A stretch of DNA of 59,427 nt, the filler included, from Nemertoderma westbladi (lineage: Eukaryota > Animalia > Xenacoelomorpha): assembly GCA_032718475.1 (NCBI GenBank). It is 3 parts of 3 records of this genome, joined end to end, with 100 filler letters (N's around TTAATTAATTAA, not from the genome) between each part and the next. Parts side by side here need not be neighbours in the genome. Positions count along the whole stretch, not along the records: positions 24,106 to 43,187 come from JAUCBJ010008822.1; 2 more parts are not named here. One strand, written 5' to 3'. Under the pieces are notes generated by a model. That model did not search any database. It worked only from the letters and a program-made list of their open reading frames with translations, and was not told the DNA's origin. Shown here piece after piece: positions 24,140-36,351 of the stretch. The translations under genes were made by a program, and so were the position numbers. The stretch's first letter is position 1. The number at the start of each line of letters is the position of its first letter.

Positions 24140-24480
24140 CCACTCCGTCTCTCACACCCCCCACAGATCCTCATGTACTTTTCACCCTGTCTCCCACACC
24201 CTCCACAGATCCTCCTGTACTTTTCACCCTGTCTCCCACACCCTCCACAGATCCTCCCATTCTCCTCTCGCACCTCTAACTACTGCTCTCGCACTAACTA
24301 CTCCTCTCGCTCCACCAACTGCTCCCCTTCCACATCTACCTTTTCCCCCCAAACCTCCAACTGCTCCCCTTCCACATCTACCTTTTCCCCTCACACCTCC
24401 AACTGCTCCCCTTGCACCTATATTTTCTCCCCTCCCACCTCTAACTGCTCCCCTCACGGAGCTCCCAATTTCCCTCTCGC
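24140..24480. repeat. C/T-rich low-complexity minisatellite
   Basis: Repeats of CTCCCACACCCTCCACAGATCCTC and ACCTCCAACTGCTCCCCT. Confidence 0.75.
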
Positions 24481-26058
24481 AATCGCAGAAGATAAATCTA
24501 AGATAGACCGCATTCCATATATGACAGATCAGTATTATTAGTCCTATTTTTATTTACTATCTGTATCTTGATACCGGAACAGCAAGCTGATGTCTAATAA
24601 GTAATAAAATGTGGTCTCTACAGTAGTTTTTACAGTAGTTCCGGGATAGGCCCGGCCCTTTATTCTCCGAAATATATAATATTACTAAAAATTATTAACA
24701 CTTAAACTGGTCAGCGTCTTCATTTACTTTTGTTTCGACTTGGTAGGAACTAAAATTCTTGTTTTATCAATTTGTTCCGCATTTGGTCAGGTATAAATTT
24801 GTAAACTCATCTCAGTTGGTAAAAACACAAATTTGTGTTTTATGTAAAATGTAAGCGAAGTGGTGGGAAAACATCGATTGACGTTCTCCAAGTTGGCTAT
24901 CAACTTGGTGGTGACGCTTTTTTGTGTTTTAGACATATTTTACGTATTCCTATAATACTACTACTTAATGGATCCCTATGGGTTTATCATTACCGCCATT
25001 CAATCGCTTGAATGTAGAGCTACACAATGGTAGTTGAATCATCTCGAATCGCCCACTATGGCAGACACAGTGGTCTGAGAAAGATTCTAAAATATAGAAA
25101 AGTTTAAATAATGGCCGTTTTTTAACATTATGTCGGACGAACAAAGGATTACCTCTAGATAGCCCTGCTTATGGGCTGTATTCCTATACCTCATATCCGC
25201 CAGTTTGGCATCCCCAACGCCCACACATAAGGTTTTCCCACAGGTATGCATCACAGTATAACAATAACTGAATATCAAGAATTCGGCTGCAATATTCCCA
25301 CACCCCATAAACTTATATAAATGGTTTTTCGTTACTTCGTTTTAGTATCATCGGATTGCTAGACCCACTGTGGAAGAAAATAACTATATTTTACTCTTTT
25401 AACTACCAACTTTAGTTGGATGGATTTTTTTTATGACGTGGAAAACTTTTCTACTCCGGTATTCATTCGATTCATGTTATCAAATTGGAGTTAAACTAAT
25501 TTCTTATTTATTAATAAATTTATTATTTTAATTTATTATTATTAATTTATTATTATAAATTATTATTTTAATTCAATATTACTTATTTACTATTTTAATT
25601 TATTATTAATTATTTATTTACAGTTCTTATTTATTATATTAAGAAAAATAGCCGTTAACTCCTGTCCCGTTTATTAATTTTTCGCACCTTGCTCATGAAA
25701 TATGGAGTTTAAATAAAATGGCTACTTTTATTCCTAAGCCTAAGTTAATAAATAGTTACTTTTAAATATCAGTATCCTTTGATTTTATAACGGTACTACT
25801 ATATAGTAGACTATAGAAAACTATCATACGAAAAAAGTTTATGGGACAGATGATAGCCACATTAACTATGACTCTGATTAACTGTTTAACTAACTGATTA
25901 AAACTGTTTGTCTAACAGTCTGTCTTAAATGTTTAACTGTTTCAAGCAAAAAGCAATCTTGTTTTAATGTATAATAAATCAATACAAATAAAAAAAAAAC
26001 AATTGTCTCCTTATTTTAATAGAAAGATTTTTGTACATGAACATCTAAATAATTATAA

Positions 26059-28251
26059 TCTAATATATATAAATATCGATTGTCTGTCAGTCAGTCAGTC
26101 TGTCTGTGTGTTTGTCATCGGCTATACAATCGAACCCATCTCGATGAAATCTCGCTTGCTATAGCTCGTTAGAAAGGTCTCGCCCTAACTCGTTGCAACG
26201 TAATACTCAGAGTCGTCTGAAGTTCGCCCGTCTGCCGCTAGAGGGCGATTTTCGTGATTTTCGGGCGAAATTTATCGAATTATTTCGGTTCTTCTATCGG
26301 TAATTAATGATTTAGAGGGCTAACATTTATCCCACCTGGTATAAAATTAACATGGGTAGATTCGCCGTGTCCCATTCTCACAAAGTATTTATTTTATTCG
26401 AGTGTTTAATATAAATATGTATGATTATTTATTGATTAAAAAACAAATAGTGTATAAATATGTCATATTCGCCAAGCACGATCGAATTGGCCTATTGTTA
26501 TTGAATAGGGAAGGATTGTTTTCTGTAGCAACCTTAAGGTAATTATTGAACTCGCAGCTAGCTGGCTGGGCACAGATAAGGAGCAAGCAGGCTGGAGTGT
26601 TGATTGGGGTGGGTTTGGGTTGTAGTAATTCTGCTTTCTCAATCATTGGCTGCATGGAAGGAGAGGTTTATAACATTTTTGTTTTACTGTTATGAATATT
26701 AAAAGTAAAAATAATTATTTCTATAGGCCTATACTTACTGTATTATTATGTTATCTAATATTATACATCTAATCTCGATGAAATCTCGCTTACTATAGCT
26801 CGTTAGATAGGTCTCGCCCTAACTCGTTGCAACGTAATACTCAGAGCCGTCTGAAGTTCCCCCGTCTGCCGCTAGAGGGCGAATTATCCGATAGTGAAAA
26901 CCTGATCTTATTGGGTTGTTTTTAATGCTTTTGAGCTGAAACTTGGTAGCTATATACTGCAGCATAGGCTGTATATTTCCGGAGTCACTGGGTGGTCTAC
27001 AGTTCCCCAGTCTACCGTTAGAGTGCTAAATGTCTGAGAGATAACATCTTCTCCAACTTTATTATTTACAATCCGTTTTGACTGAAACTTGGTAGGCATC
27101 TACTACAGCATAGGCTGAATCTTTACTGAGTCGCAGAGTCGTCTACAATTTCCCAGTCTACCGCTAGAGGGCGAAATGTCTGCAAGTTAACATCTTCTCC
27201 AACTTTGTTATTTATAATCCATTTAGACTGAACTTGGTAGGCATCTACTACAGCATAGGCTATATCTTTACTGAGTCGCGCAGAGTTGTCTACAGTACCC
27301 GCGTCTGCCGCTAGAGGGCGAAATGTATGAAAGTTAACATCTTCTCCAACTTTGTTATTTACAATCCTTTTAGACTGAAACTTGGTAGGCATCTACTATA
27401 GCATAGGCTATATCTTTGCGGAGTAGTAGAGTCGTCTACAGTTCCACAGTCAGACGCAAGAGGGCGAATTGTCTGATAGTGAAAACCTCATCCCATTTGG
27501 TTCTTTTTAATCCTTTTGAGCTGAAACTTGGCAGGTATCTACTACATCCTAGGCTCTATCTTTACGGAGTTGCAGAGTCCTATACACTTCCCCAGTCTAC
27601 CGCTAGAGGGTGAAATGTCTGAAAATTAACATCTTCTCCAACTTTGTTATTTACAAACGGTTTAGACTGAAACTTGGTAGGCATCTACTACAGCATAGGC
27701 TCTACCTTTACGGAGTCGCAGAGTTGTATACAGTTCCCCTATCTGCCGCTAGAGGGCGAATTGTCTGATAGTGAACACCTCATCCCAATTGGTTCTCTTT
27801 AATCCCTTTGAGCTGAAACTTGGCAGGAATCTACTGCAGCATATTCTGTATCTTTACGGAGTCCCAGAGTCGTCTACAGTTCTTCAGTCTACCGCTAGAA
27901 GTCTGAATGTGAACATCTACACCAATTTTGTTATTTACAATCTGTTTAAGCTGAAACTTGAAAGGCAGGCATTTTACTTCACCATAAACCCCACCTTTAC
28001 CAAACTGCAGCGCCGTCTGCATTTCACCAGTCCGCAGGTAGAGGGTGGATCTGAAAGTGATCATTTTCTGGAAATTTTGTTATTTACAATCTGACTAAAG
28101 TTGAAACTTGACAGTTATCTCTTATGGGGGTGGTGTTTTATTTAATGATGGTGTCTATTCCGTATGCAGTTCTCAAATCTCCCACACATATTCATATATC
28201 ATCTGCACGTGCACTAGAAAGCTGTGGCCCGAAGGGCCACAGGCTTTCTAG
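26059..28251 (+). mobile_element. Non-autonomous Helitron
   Basis: 5' A|TCTAATATATATAAAT followed by (GTCA/GTCT)n; 3' hairpin TGTGGCCC-GAA-GGGCCACA then CTAG|T; A-T target, no TSD. Confidence 0.88.
26810..28115 (+). repeat. ~146-bp tandem array (about 9 units) inside the Helitron
   Basis: CTGAAACTTGG recurs at ~26936, 27082, 27228, 27376, 27521, 27667, 27813, 27951 and 28101; units carry TCT(G/A)CCGCTAGAGGGCG or a decayed form. Confidence 0.9.
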
Positions 28252-29444
28252 TATCCAAAGAAAAACGCTGACCAAGTGGGATAAAACTCATAAAAACATC
28301 TCACCAAAGTCAGACACGTTGTGGGGTCTTCGAGCAGCACGTGTTCAAATGTTCAATGACTGAACAGCGACTAATTAACAAATTTATGAGGGATTCATTG
28401 ACCATCTACAGACAGACCAATATTGTGACATATATTTTAGTTTAATGTTTGATTCAATTAGAGGCACAAATTAAAAAGGCTACAAATATATAGGTTGAAT
28501 AATTAAATTAGTCACCCATTAGGCCTAAAAGGTAGCCAAATATAAGTTGCAATCTATATAAATTTTTAAATTCAGTAGTGTGCGTGTGTTGTGTATTGAT
28601 TCCGTAGATTTCATGGTGAAATAGCGTTCATTAATTTAATTTCTATTTAATTATTCAGGCATACTAATACACACATTAAATTAGTTCGTGTGTGTTAAGT
28701 GTGTAAGATTTGATTGTTTCGTCACGAAACCATTAGGGCACAGAAACTGACGGATTCTTCGCGAATTTCGCAAACGTCGCGAATTTCGCAAACTTCGGGT
28801 CTACAATTTTGACTCCTTAAGCAAAAGGGTCCCGAATGAGTTTTTTAACCTTTATTTTTTGTGATTTTGAGTGCTTTTTTTATATTAGTGAATGTTCTAG
28901 AACCTTAGTAGATTTTTATGGTATATAGCTAGTATTTTTTACTAGCTAGTAATTTTTGGAAATTATTTTGGCCATTAATATATTCTTCAACAGTTTAACC
29001 TGAAATATCATGGACTTTCATATTTTTTATAATTTCTAAAACACTAGCTAGCAAAAAAACACTAGCTATCATAAAAAACATATCTACTAATGTTGTAGAA
29101 CTTTCACCAATACCAAAAAAATTAAAAAACTCTAAAAAAGGATTGGTGAAAAATGGCTGGAGTGTCGACAGGGCGAAATAGGGACCGTGTTGCTTAACCC
29201 CTTAGAGCCTATGACGTCCACTGCACGTCACAATGGACAGCACGAAGACGTGCAGTGGACGTCATGCTGGAATACATGTTTTATTGGAAGGCTCTTGGAG
29301 TAGGTATACTGGTGGACAGTATTAAAGACATTTATTGCTCTTCGTGGCAAAAAATCCATTCTGTACTGTAGATAGGCTTTATTGTAGACTGTATTATCAA
29401 TGTTAGGTATATGGCCTAATGCCAACCACAGTACAGTACTGTAG

Positions 29445-29995
29445 TACAGACTGATAGTAAGACCGACAGACAGACAGACTAGATTTGTGTAAACGTGTAA
29501 ACTGACATCAGAAATGAAATCAGCAACCCTTAAAACCCCCATAGCGAGAATGTTGGTTAGTTAGTATACTTTCTTAAGTTTTGACAGACTGACTGACAGA
29601 AAGACCGACAGACCAACAGCCAGACAGACTAGATTTATTAAACGTGAAAACTGACATGCGAAATGAAATCAGCACCCATTAAAACCCCCATAACGAGAAT
29701 TTTAGTTAGTTTGTATTCTTTTTTAAGTTTTGACAGACTGACTGACTGACAGAAAGACCGACAGACCGACAAACTAGATTAATGTAAACCTGCCTGAAAA
29801 CTGACATCAGAAATGAAATCAGCACCCCTTAAAACCCCCATAGCGAGAAAGTTAGTTAATTTGAATTATTTTTTATGTTTTGACAGACTGACTAACAGAA
29901 TGACCGACAGACAGACAGACTAGATTTATGTAAACGGGAAAACTGACATCAGAAATGTAATCAGCACTCCTTAAAACCCCCACAGCGAGAATGAT
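29445..29995. repeat. Four-copy ~145-bp tandem repeat with (GACA)n microsatellite
   Basis: CTAGATTT...AAACTGACATCAGAAATGAAATCAGCACCCCTTAAAACCCCCATAGCGAGAA x4; related single copies at ~35725-35812 and, inverted, ~42636-42747. Confidence 0.8.
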
Positions 29996-30183
29996 AGCGA
30001 CACGTTTTAATTATTAACCATATTTCGTAAGGTATATTTTAAAACATTTATTTATTAATAATGCAAAAACTGAATAACCAGATAACGGAAAGACAAATCG
30101 AATTGAACCCTAACTCACCTCATTCTCGTATCAACCCTCCGTTTCTGCGAACCCCCCCCCCCCCCCCCCCCCCCCTAACTCAC

Positions 30184-30537
30184 CTCATTCTCGTATCAAC
30201 CCTCCGTTTCTGCGACACCGCCTGCAGTGTGGCCGTCAGAATATCGCAGTTGCGTTGAAACCGAACCCCCTGCTTGTCCCGCTGTCGCAGTTGTCGCACC
30301 AACCGGGACGACATCATGGTGATACGTCTCTCCAACTCCGCTACAATCTCCCGTATCTCCGTCAGCGGTTTACTGCGGAGGTAGGCTTTACTCATAGTGG
30401 CGCGGCCCCCACCGGTAGAGTGACCCGTTCTAGAACGCCCAACGTGTTCCGACACAACGGAGCCTTCCGTAAAGGTGTCACTGTCCTCCACAGAGTCCCT
30501 GTCACCATGGTCACCGTAGACTCTGGGTCTCCAGTAC
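30184..30537 (-). CDS. TBC1D30: TBC1 domain family member 30, coding exon 2
   Basis: ...YLRSKPLTEIREIVAELERRITMMSSRLVRQLRQRDKQGVRFQRNCDILTATLQAVSQKRRVDTRMR matches the TBC1D30 pre-TBC segment (QRNCDIVTACLQAVSQKRRVDT, recalled from human). Acceptor ttttag, donor gtgagt, phase 2-2. Later exons were not found on this contig. Confidence 0.9.
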
Positions 30538-31099
30538 CTAAAAATGGTTAAACAGCACGTTAAATATTTGAGATGTTTATTCCAAAATGTCTCAGCAGAT
30601 ATTTTTCAAGCAATATTGTACTTATTAGGAAAAGTACATTGCATCGTTGAATAACAGCTGAGGGGCGTTATATAGTAGCATGACTTTTTATTAGGGTCTT
30701 TTTATTCCATTTACTAAAATAATTTACACATGGTTCTGAATTTTACAAATAGGAGGGGGGGGGGGGGGGGGCTCTTGGACACAATCAAAGGCCATCCCAC
30801 CCGGGTGAAAATAGCCGCAAATATCAAATAATCTGTACTAAAAATACAACTGTAACATATTATGTTCCGTTTATTGTTTTGGTTAGAATAAAGTGCCAGT
30901 TTAACCAGCTCAGATCCCTTAATTGATAATTAATTCGACATTGAGACCAAATATTAATTCGCGAGATGGAATTTGCGCACCCCTGCCACCCACTGCTGCC
31001 TCGGATTTTAATAAAAAATAATAACCCAGATAACATATGCTTTGTTAACACTTTTAGTTTTGTTTTTGCAAAATTACGCTCTTTTTTTAAAATAACATA

Positions 31100-32224
31100 G
31101 GGACTGTTTACACGTGGCATCTTTTAGAGCAACTCTCTCGTCAACTAGTAACTTTATTTGGAGCAACTTAATTTAATCGCTGTTTCCACGTGGAAACTTT
31201 ACCAGCAACTTTTAGAGCAACTTGGCTAGTTTGACTGTAAAATAGTGGGTATATATATATACTGGTTCAGTATGTGTACAAAAATAAAGTTCTAGGGTGA
31301 ACCCCACACCATATTAATTATCTTCTAAGCTAGTTTTTGATAATTTCTTTTTTTTGAAATATACCAGAACATGTTAGTCATTTTATTTTGAAAAAATTAA
31401 TGTTCTAGAACAAATATTTTTTGTTCAAGAACTTTTTTTAGACAAAGGCCTGGTTTGTATTTAAAAAGCAATGGGTGACGTGTATAAAATGAATAATAAC
31501 TATTTACATCACTGTGTGCAAAGTAGCACTTTGCAGCGTTATGACCTGAGTTTATCTATGTACCGAGCGAGCGCAGCGAGGGAGGTTTACATAAATATAC
31601 AAGGGTCTTTAACGCTGAAAAGTGACCTTTGCAAGCAATGATGTACGTAATTTTGTTACATTATGTTAACTTATCAGCGTTCGGTATGCGAAGAAAGGAT
31701 TTTATGGATACTCATTTAAACTTTTTAATCATGTACTATATCTAATATAATAAGTAAAATTTATCAAGTAATTTACGAGTAATTCACCTGTACGCTTTTA
31801 AGTTGACATAAATGTAACAAAATATATTTTTTTTTAATTTTGAAATTTTTCAATTAAATCATCATGATAGTTATGGTAGCGGTAGCAGTACATAATAAAA
31901 GCAATGATAAAGGTAATTTTCACAAGAAATTTTTTTTTCAATTTTTATTGTTTCACTAGCTAATAAAAAGTACTAGCTAACAAACAATCAAAATTTCAAG
32001 CTACAATCTTACTTTGAGAAGGTCAAATATTTGTTCTAGAACAAAAACCTCATGGTAAAAGCTATCGAAAATTCCTTCAAAGTTGACGTAAAAGTTGAGC
32101 AACATTTACGGCAAATTTATTTCAGCAAGATACGCGTTTACACGGAGAACTTGATCGGCAACCTGGGTTGTTCTACAAGTTGATGAGAAAGTTGCTCTAA
32201 AAGTTGCCACGTATAAACATGCCT
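31100..32224. mobile_element. PIF/Harbinger-like non-autonomous element in the TBC1D30 intron
   Basis: Long imperfect TIR (G/A)GG..TGTTTA(C/T)ACGTGGCA.CTTTTAGAGCAACT.TCTC.TCAACT; flanks ATA/TTA. Confidence 0.7.
31505..31645. repeat. Palindromic element with a central CCGAGCGAGCGCAGCGAGG motif (Crypton-type non-autonomous repeat, tentative)
   Basis: ~43-bp imperfect inverted arms TACATCA.TG..TGCAAAG...CACTTT.CAGCGTTA.GACC around the motif. Confidence 0.55.
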
Positions 32225-32352
32225 TTACACAAATCACCAAAAAATTTACAATTACATGAAAGTTCAAATGGAAACTGACTAATATCTAAATATGAGACAC
32301 AGAAAATAGGATTATATTTATTCAAGCCACATAAGAACCGTCACAGACCAAC

Positions 32353-32711
32353 CTGTCATATATCTCCAGTAGCAACCCGTCTACAATGGAAGCTTTATGG
32401 GGGGCAGATGGCTCGGACCCCCCGGGCTCCCCCCCTGGACTCTCGACTCCGGTCCACTGCGGGTAACTCTCCCCGTCCACCGTGAGCCCATGGTGCACAG
32501 ACGGCTCGTAATCCTCGGCATTATCCTCGAACACGTCCTCCGTACCTTCTTCGACTGGGTCCTCATCTACGGATTGGTAGTCTTCCGGGATGTCGTCAAC
32601 AGACTCCCTCTCGTCGTCTGTCCCATCGAGGGTGTCTAACGATATCAGGTTCCTGGGTCGCGGCTGGAAGGGTGAAGTTACTCCGTTAATAACAATGTGG
32701 CCTTTCTGCAT
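32353..32711 (-). CDS. TBC1D30: TBC1D30, first coding exon (acidic N-terminus)
   Basis: ATG at 32711; ends KASIVDGLLLEIYDR (compare TBC1D30 ASLVSGLLNELY); donor CAG|GTTGGT in phase 2 joins exon 30184-30537 in frame (R-YWRPRVYG...DSVEDSDTFTEGS). Confidence 0.82.
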
Positions 32712-34097
32712 CGTAACATGACAACGCGCTAAATTATATTAAATTCTAGAACATCCACGTTCAGCAATAATTTATCAATTTAGCATTAGGGTAGTCCCTG
32801 GTTACAGTTACAGTTGCCAAATTTGTTACGCTAGATTTGTTATTGTTATATTATATTGAGTATGGTATAATGGGATGGATGGCCTTTTGTTACATAATGT
32901 CGACTTTTTCGGACTGTCGGACCGCTGAAAAGTAATCAATCACATAGAAAGATCAGATTTCAAGAACAAGTCTTTGTGTATTATTTCTCCATTTATAGAG
33001 TGGGCGGATATCATTGTTTGGTAGTGTTTACAGCACAGTTGTTGTTGAAAATTGAATTAATTCCAAATAATTTTATGGGTATGAAACATCTGGCCTACAC
33101 TATTAAAATTATTAATTAAACCTTCAGAGCGCCGATAAGTTGATATATATAACAAAATTACCTACATCATTGTATTAAATTGTATTCTGGTATTAGCAGA
33201 TTAGACTCTACCGTATTAGGCTATTCAGGCCCTAGGGTATTAATTATTACTATTTTATTGACACTATAGTTAAATATTAAGACATTAATAAAATAACAAA
33301 GACCACAATAGTGTCCATAAATAACTCTAAACTAGGAACTAGGACTATAACAACAATTATGTCAAAATAGAGAAATAATTGCATCATTCTGTCATTCAAA
33401 CAACTATCCTACCAAAATTAGAACTCAGAATTACATAAAGGCACACGAGGCATAACGGTATGCTACTCTTCACACAATGATGTAAACAATTATTATTCGC
33501 TCGGTAAACGAAATTATTACAAATACAAATTTGGTGTGCTAAGTACAGAAATAATAGGGAAGTTGTGTAAATGTGTAACACCAATAGAATAGGCCTTGGG
33601 GATAAATTAAATCCAAGGTATTTTACAATAAAAACACGTCGCACAATTAATGCATTTATAAAGAATAATAAAAACAATTAATATAACACGAGGAATCTTA
33701 GTTATTTGCTAAGGAGCTGTGAATTAATATTGATTTATTTACGCACACAACCAGCTCTGAACGGAATACCATCAAAGTCGCCTACAGTTTGTTTAGGACA
33801 GCCTATGTTATAGCAATAGTCTAGAGCCGTATCAAAGTACGGCCCTCCTATTGGCTAATTTCTTGGCAATTATTATATAGGATGTATATTCTGTTAGCTT
33901 GTACGGCCTCATAACACATTGTTTTGTAGCTATTGAACAGCTGCCACCCATGAATGAATACATTTCTTAGCTAGCTTCCTAGCTAGGGTGGTTGGTCAGC
34001 TACACTAATAATGTTTATTTAATCTTACAGTAAGAAGATGGTTTAATTTCGTGAACAGTAATGACGATGCTAACCTAAAATGGGAACATCTTTATTA

Positions 34098-34355
34098 GTG
34101 ACAGGGGGGGAAACTCGACGCCAAACCCGCCTTGGCGAATTAATATCCCGCCTCAATGTTAAATTCTCAATTTAGGGAAAGGAGCACGTTGCAGTGGCAC
34201 GTTATTTTAACCAAAACAATAAACTAAACACAATAGAACAGGTTACAGTTTAATTATTGAGAGTTATCAGCTGTTATTTGCGTCGAATTTCCCCTGGAGA
34301 GGGATGAATTTTTATTGCATCCAGTCCCCCCCCCCCCCCCCCCTCCCCCTATCTG
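34098..34355 (+). mobile_element. Poly-G-TIR MITE (copy 2)
   Basis: Homologous to 7168-7446; 8-bp TSD CTTTATTA (34090-34097, 34356-34363). Confidence 0.88.
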
Positions 34356-34680
34356 CTTTATTACCATGTTAACTAATTAATATGAAATAAAGAACAGTTC
34401 AACATATTACTGTATTTTACACAAAATTACCAACAATTTTATATACAATGGTACATGTATGTTGAAGTCCGCATTTCAAATTGTTTAATTCGATTAAAAG
34501 CAAGCAAGCAAACAGTCAGCCGAAGCCGGAGGCCTCCCGAATATCCCTCTTTCGATAGCCTCTGTGGAGGGCTGAACTTACATACAACCAATATATTGCA
34601 GGCCCGACGCTCAACTATCTAAGCAACCCCCCGCCTTCTTTAAACATTCAATTAAATAATAATAATATTCACAACTTTAC

Positions 34681-34798
34681 GGCCGCAGCCGGAGGCGCCC
34701 CGAAGGCTCCTCTTTCGATAGCTGCTACCCGAGGAGGGTGGGGATGGGCGCTACTCCTATTCCAGGATTTGCTCCCAGGTATTTAACTGGTACTCATT
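34681..34798 (-). mobile_element. 5'-truncated inverted copy of the SINE at 35105 (another fragment at ~34517-34560)
   Basis: Reverse complement of ~35206-35324 (AATGAGTACCAGTTAAATA...GCAGCTATCGAAAGAGGAGCCTTCGGG). Confidence 0.8.
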
Positions 34799-35104
34799 AT
34801 CCAATTTGAAATATATCATAAAATTAACGAAATATTTTAAGGTAACTGATGTCAAAAAAATTATACAATTCCACTGCAAGGAAATTTCATAATTTCCATT
34901 AATTTTAGCGAAGATTTTTCTCATAACAAAATTGCGATTTGGATTGATTTTAGGTGTAATTTAATTATATTTTTAGTTTAAAAACCACAATAGTTTGTAT
35001 TATAACAAATGAATATTTTGGGGATAAGGGCTTTTGAGGTCGATAATCTGGGACGATGTTACATAAACCCGAGTAGCAGAGAAGGAGTGCAAATAAGCTC
35101 CCCG

Positions 35105-35341
35105 TGTTACCATCCCTGTTGTTGAGCGCCTGGCCTGCAATCTAGTGGTTGTAGGTTCAGCCCCGCCTGGGTCCACTCAGCCTTTCATCCACTGGGGTCG
35201 ATGAAATGAGTACCAGTTAAATAACTGGGAGGAAATCTTGGGATAGGAGTAGCGCCCGCCCACCCCTACCTTCGGGTAGCAGCTATCGAAAGAGGAGCCT
35301 TCGGGTCGTCTCCGGCCTCGGCCGAATGTTTGGTTTTTTTT
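35105..35341 (+). mobile_element. tRNA-derived SINE with a Nin-type central domain
   Basis: Degenerate tRNA head (GTAGGTTCAGCCCC B-box-like); central CCACTCAGCCTTTCATCC..GGGGTCGATGAAATGAGTACCAG; 3' AAAGAGGAGCCTTCGGGTCG.. and a T-rich tail. The 5' boundary is approximate. Confidence 0.75.
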
Positions 35342-35470
35342 GTGTTACCAGCAAAATTGGATTTAAAAATGGTTAAATGATAAGACAAATTTCTGTTGAT
35401 CTGGAACTAAGTGGTAACTACAGTCACGTTCCCCACCACAATACTTTTGTTCCACATACTCCACCTGAAT

Positions 35471-35970
35471 CAGGGCCGGATTAATTTATATCGGGGCCCG
35501 GAGCTAATATACATTTGGGGCCCCCTTAAATTTTGATCGATGGGGGGGGGGGGGGGGGGGGTGTTCGCATATAATGCTCACAAATTTTATAATTGTTTTT
35601 TATTGCATCTAGAGCAGAAGTTAATGGGGATTTCATATCTAAAAACTGCTTGAGAGATATCTTTTAGTTCTCGAATTATCGTGGAATATCTGTCTGGCAA
35701 TCTGAATGTCAAAATGTAAGACAACCGACCGACCGAAGGACAGACTACTATAGATTCCATCAAATATTAAAACTGCCTTCGGAAATAAAATCAGCGACCC
35801 CGAAAACCCCCGTGAATATAATTTTCGCTCGGTGGTGTGCTTCCTTCCTGTCAGTTTTAAAGTTTTTATGTAAGGAGGGACCATTACTTTTTCTATTTTT
35901 ATGGGGGGCCCCAGACCTTCAAGGGGCCCGGGGCTGCAGCCCCAAAAGTCCCGCCGTTAATACGGCCCTG
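35471..35970. mobile_element. hAT MITE, 500 bp
   Basis: TIR CAGGGCCG(G/T)ATTAA; 8-bp TSD ACCTGAAT (35463-35470, 35971-35978). Confidence 0.9.
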
Positions 35971-36091
35971 ACCTGAATCCACATTAATGACAACTTCCAC
36001 CTCACGTACTCCACACAACTTACTGTTTATCTCAATGTTGTTTGTCTGTCAATAATGCAACAGCTCCTAATCGTAACAACTATTATTCTTT

Positions 36092-36351
36092 CCCAGTGAA
36101 AAGTGCGCAAGCGTATCGCAAGCGTGCAACGCAGGCGTATCTCATGTGATTCCCAAGAGTTATGGCCCGACCTTTACGCAAGCGACCTACTTGCGTTAAG
36201 CCGCATAGATATCGCAACAACTTGCGTTAAGTCACATAAATATCGCAACAACTTGCGTTCAGTCGCATAAAACACACATGCGATTCACTTGCGACTTTCA
36301 AGCGTGATGACGCATAAATATCACAAAAATCTACTGGTTGTGATTTTTGTG
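36092..36351 (-). mobile_element. CMC/EnSpm-like element, second copy (a related element ends at 37028)
   Basis: Reverse-complement homologue of 7158-7819; ~36755-37028 has the same ...TTTTCACTGGG end and GCATGCG/TCACATG subterminal repeats. Confidence 0.65.

Noticed and set aside
28817-29197. TTAA-type MITE (TTAAGCAA.A.GGTCCC inverted ends)
   Set aside because: An inverted repeat is visible, but the outer termini and TSD are ambiguous.
30184-30537. SCHIP1 or FEZ1/UNC-76 coiled-coil exon
   Set aside because: QRNCDILTATLQAVSQKRRVDT and the upstream SIVDGLLLEIY fit TBC1D30 specifically.
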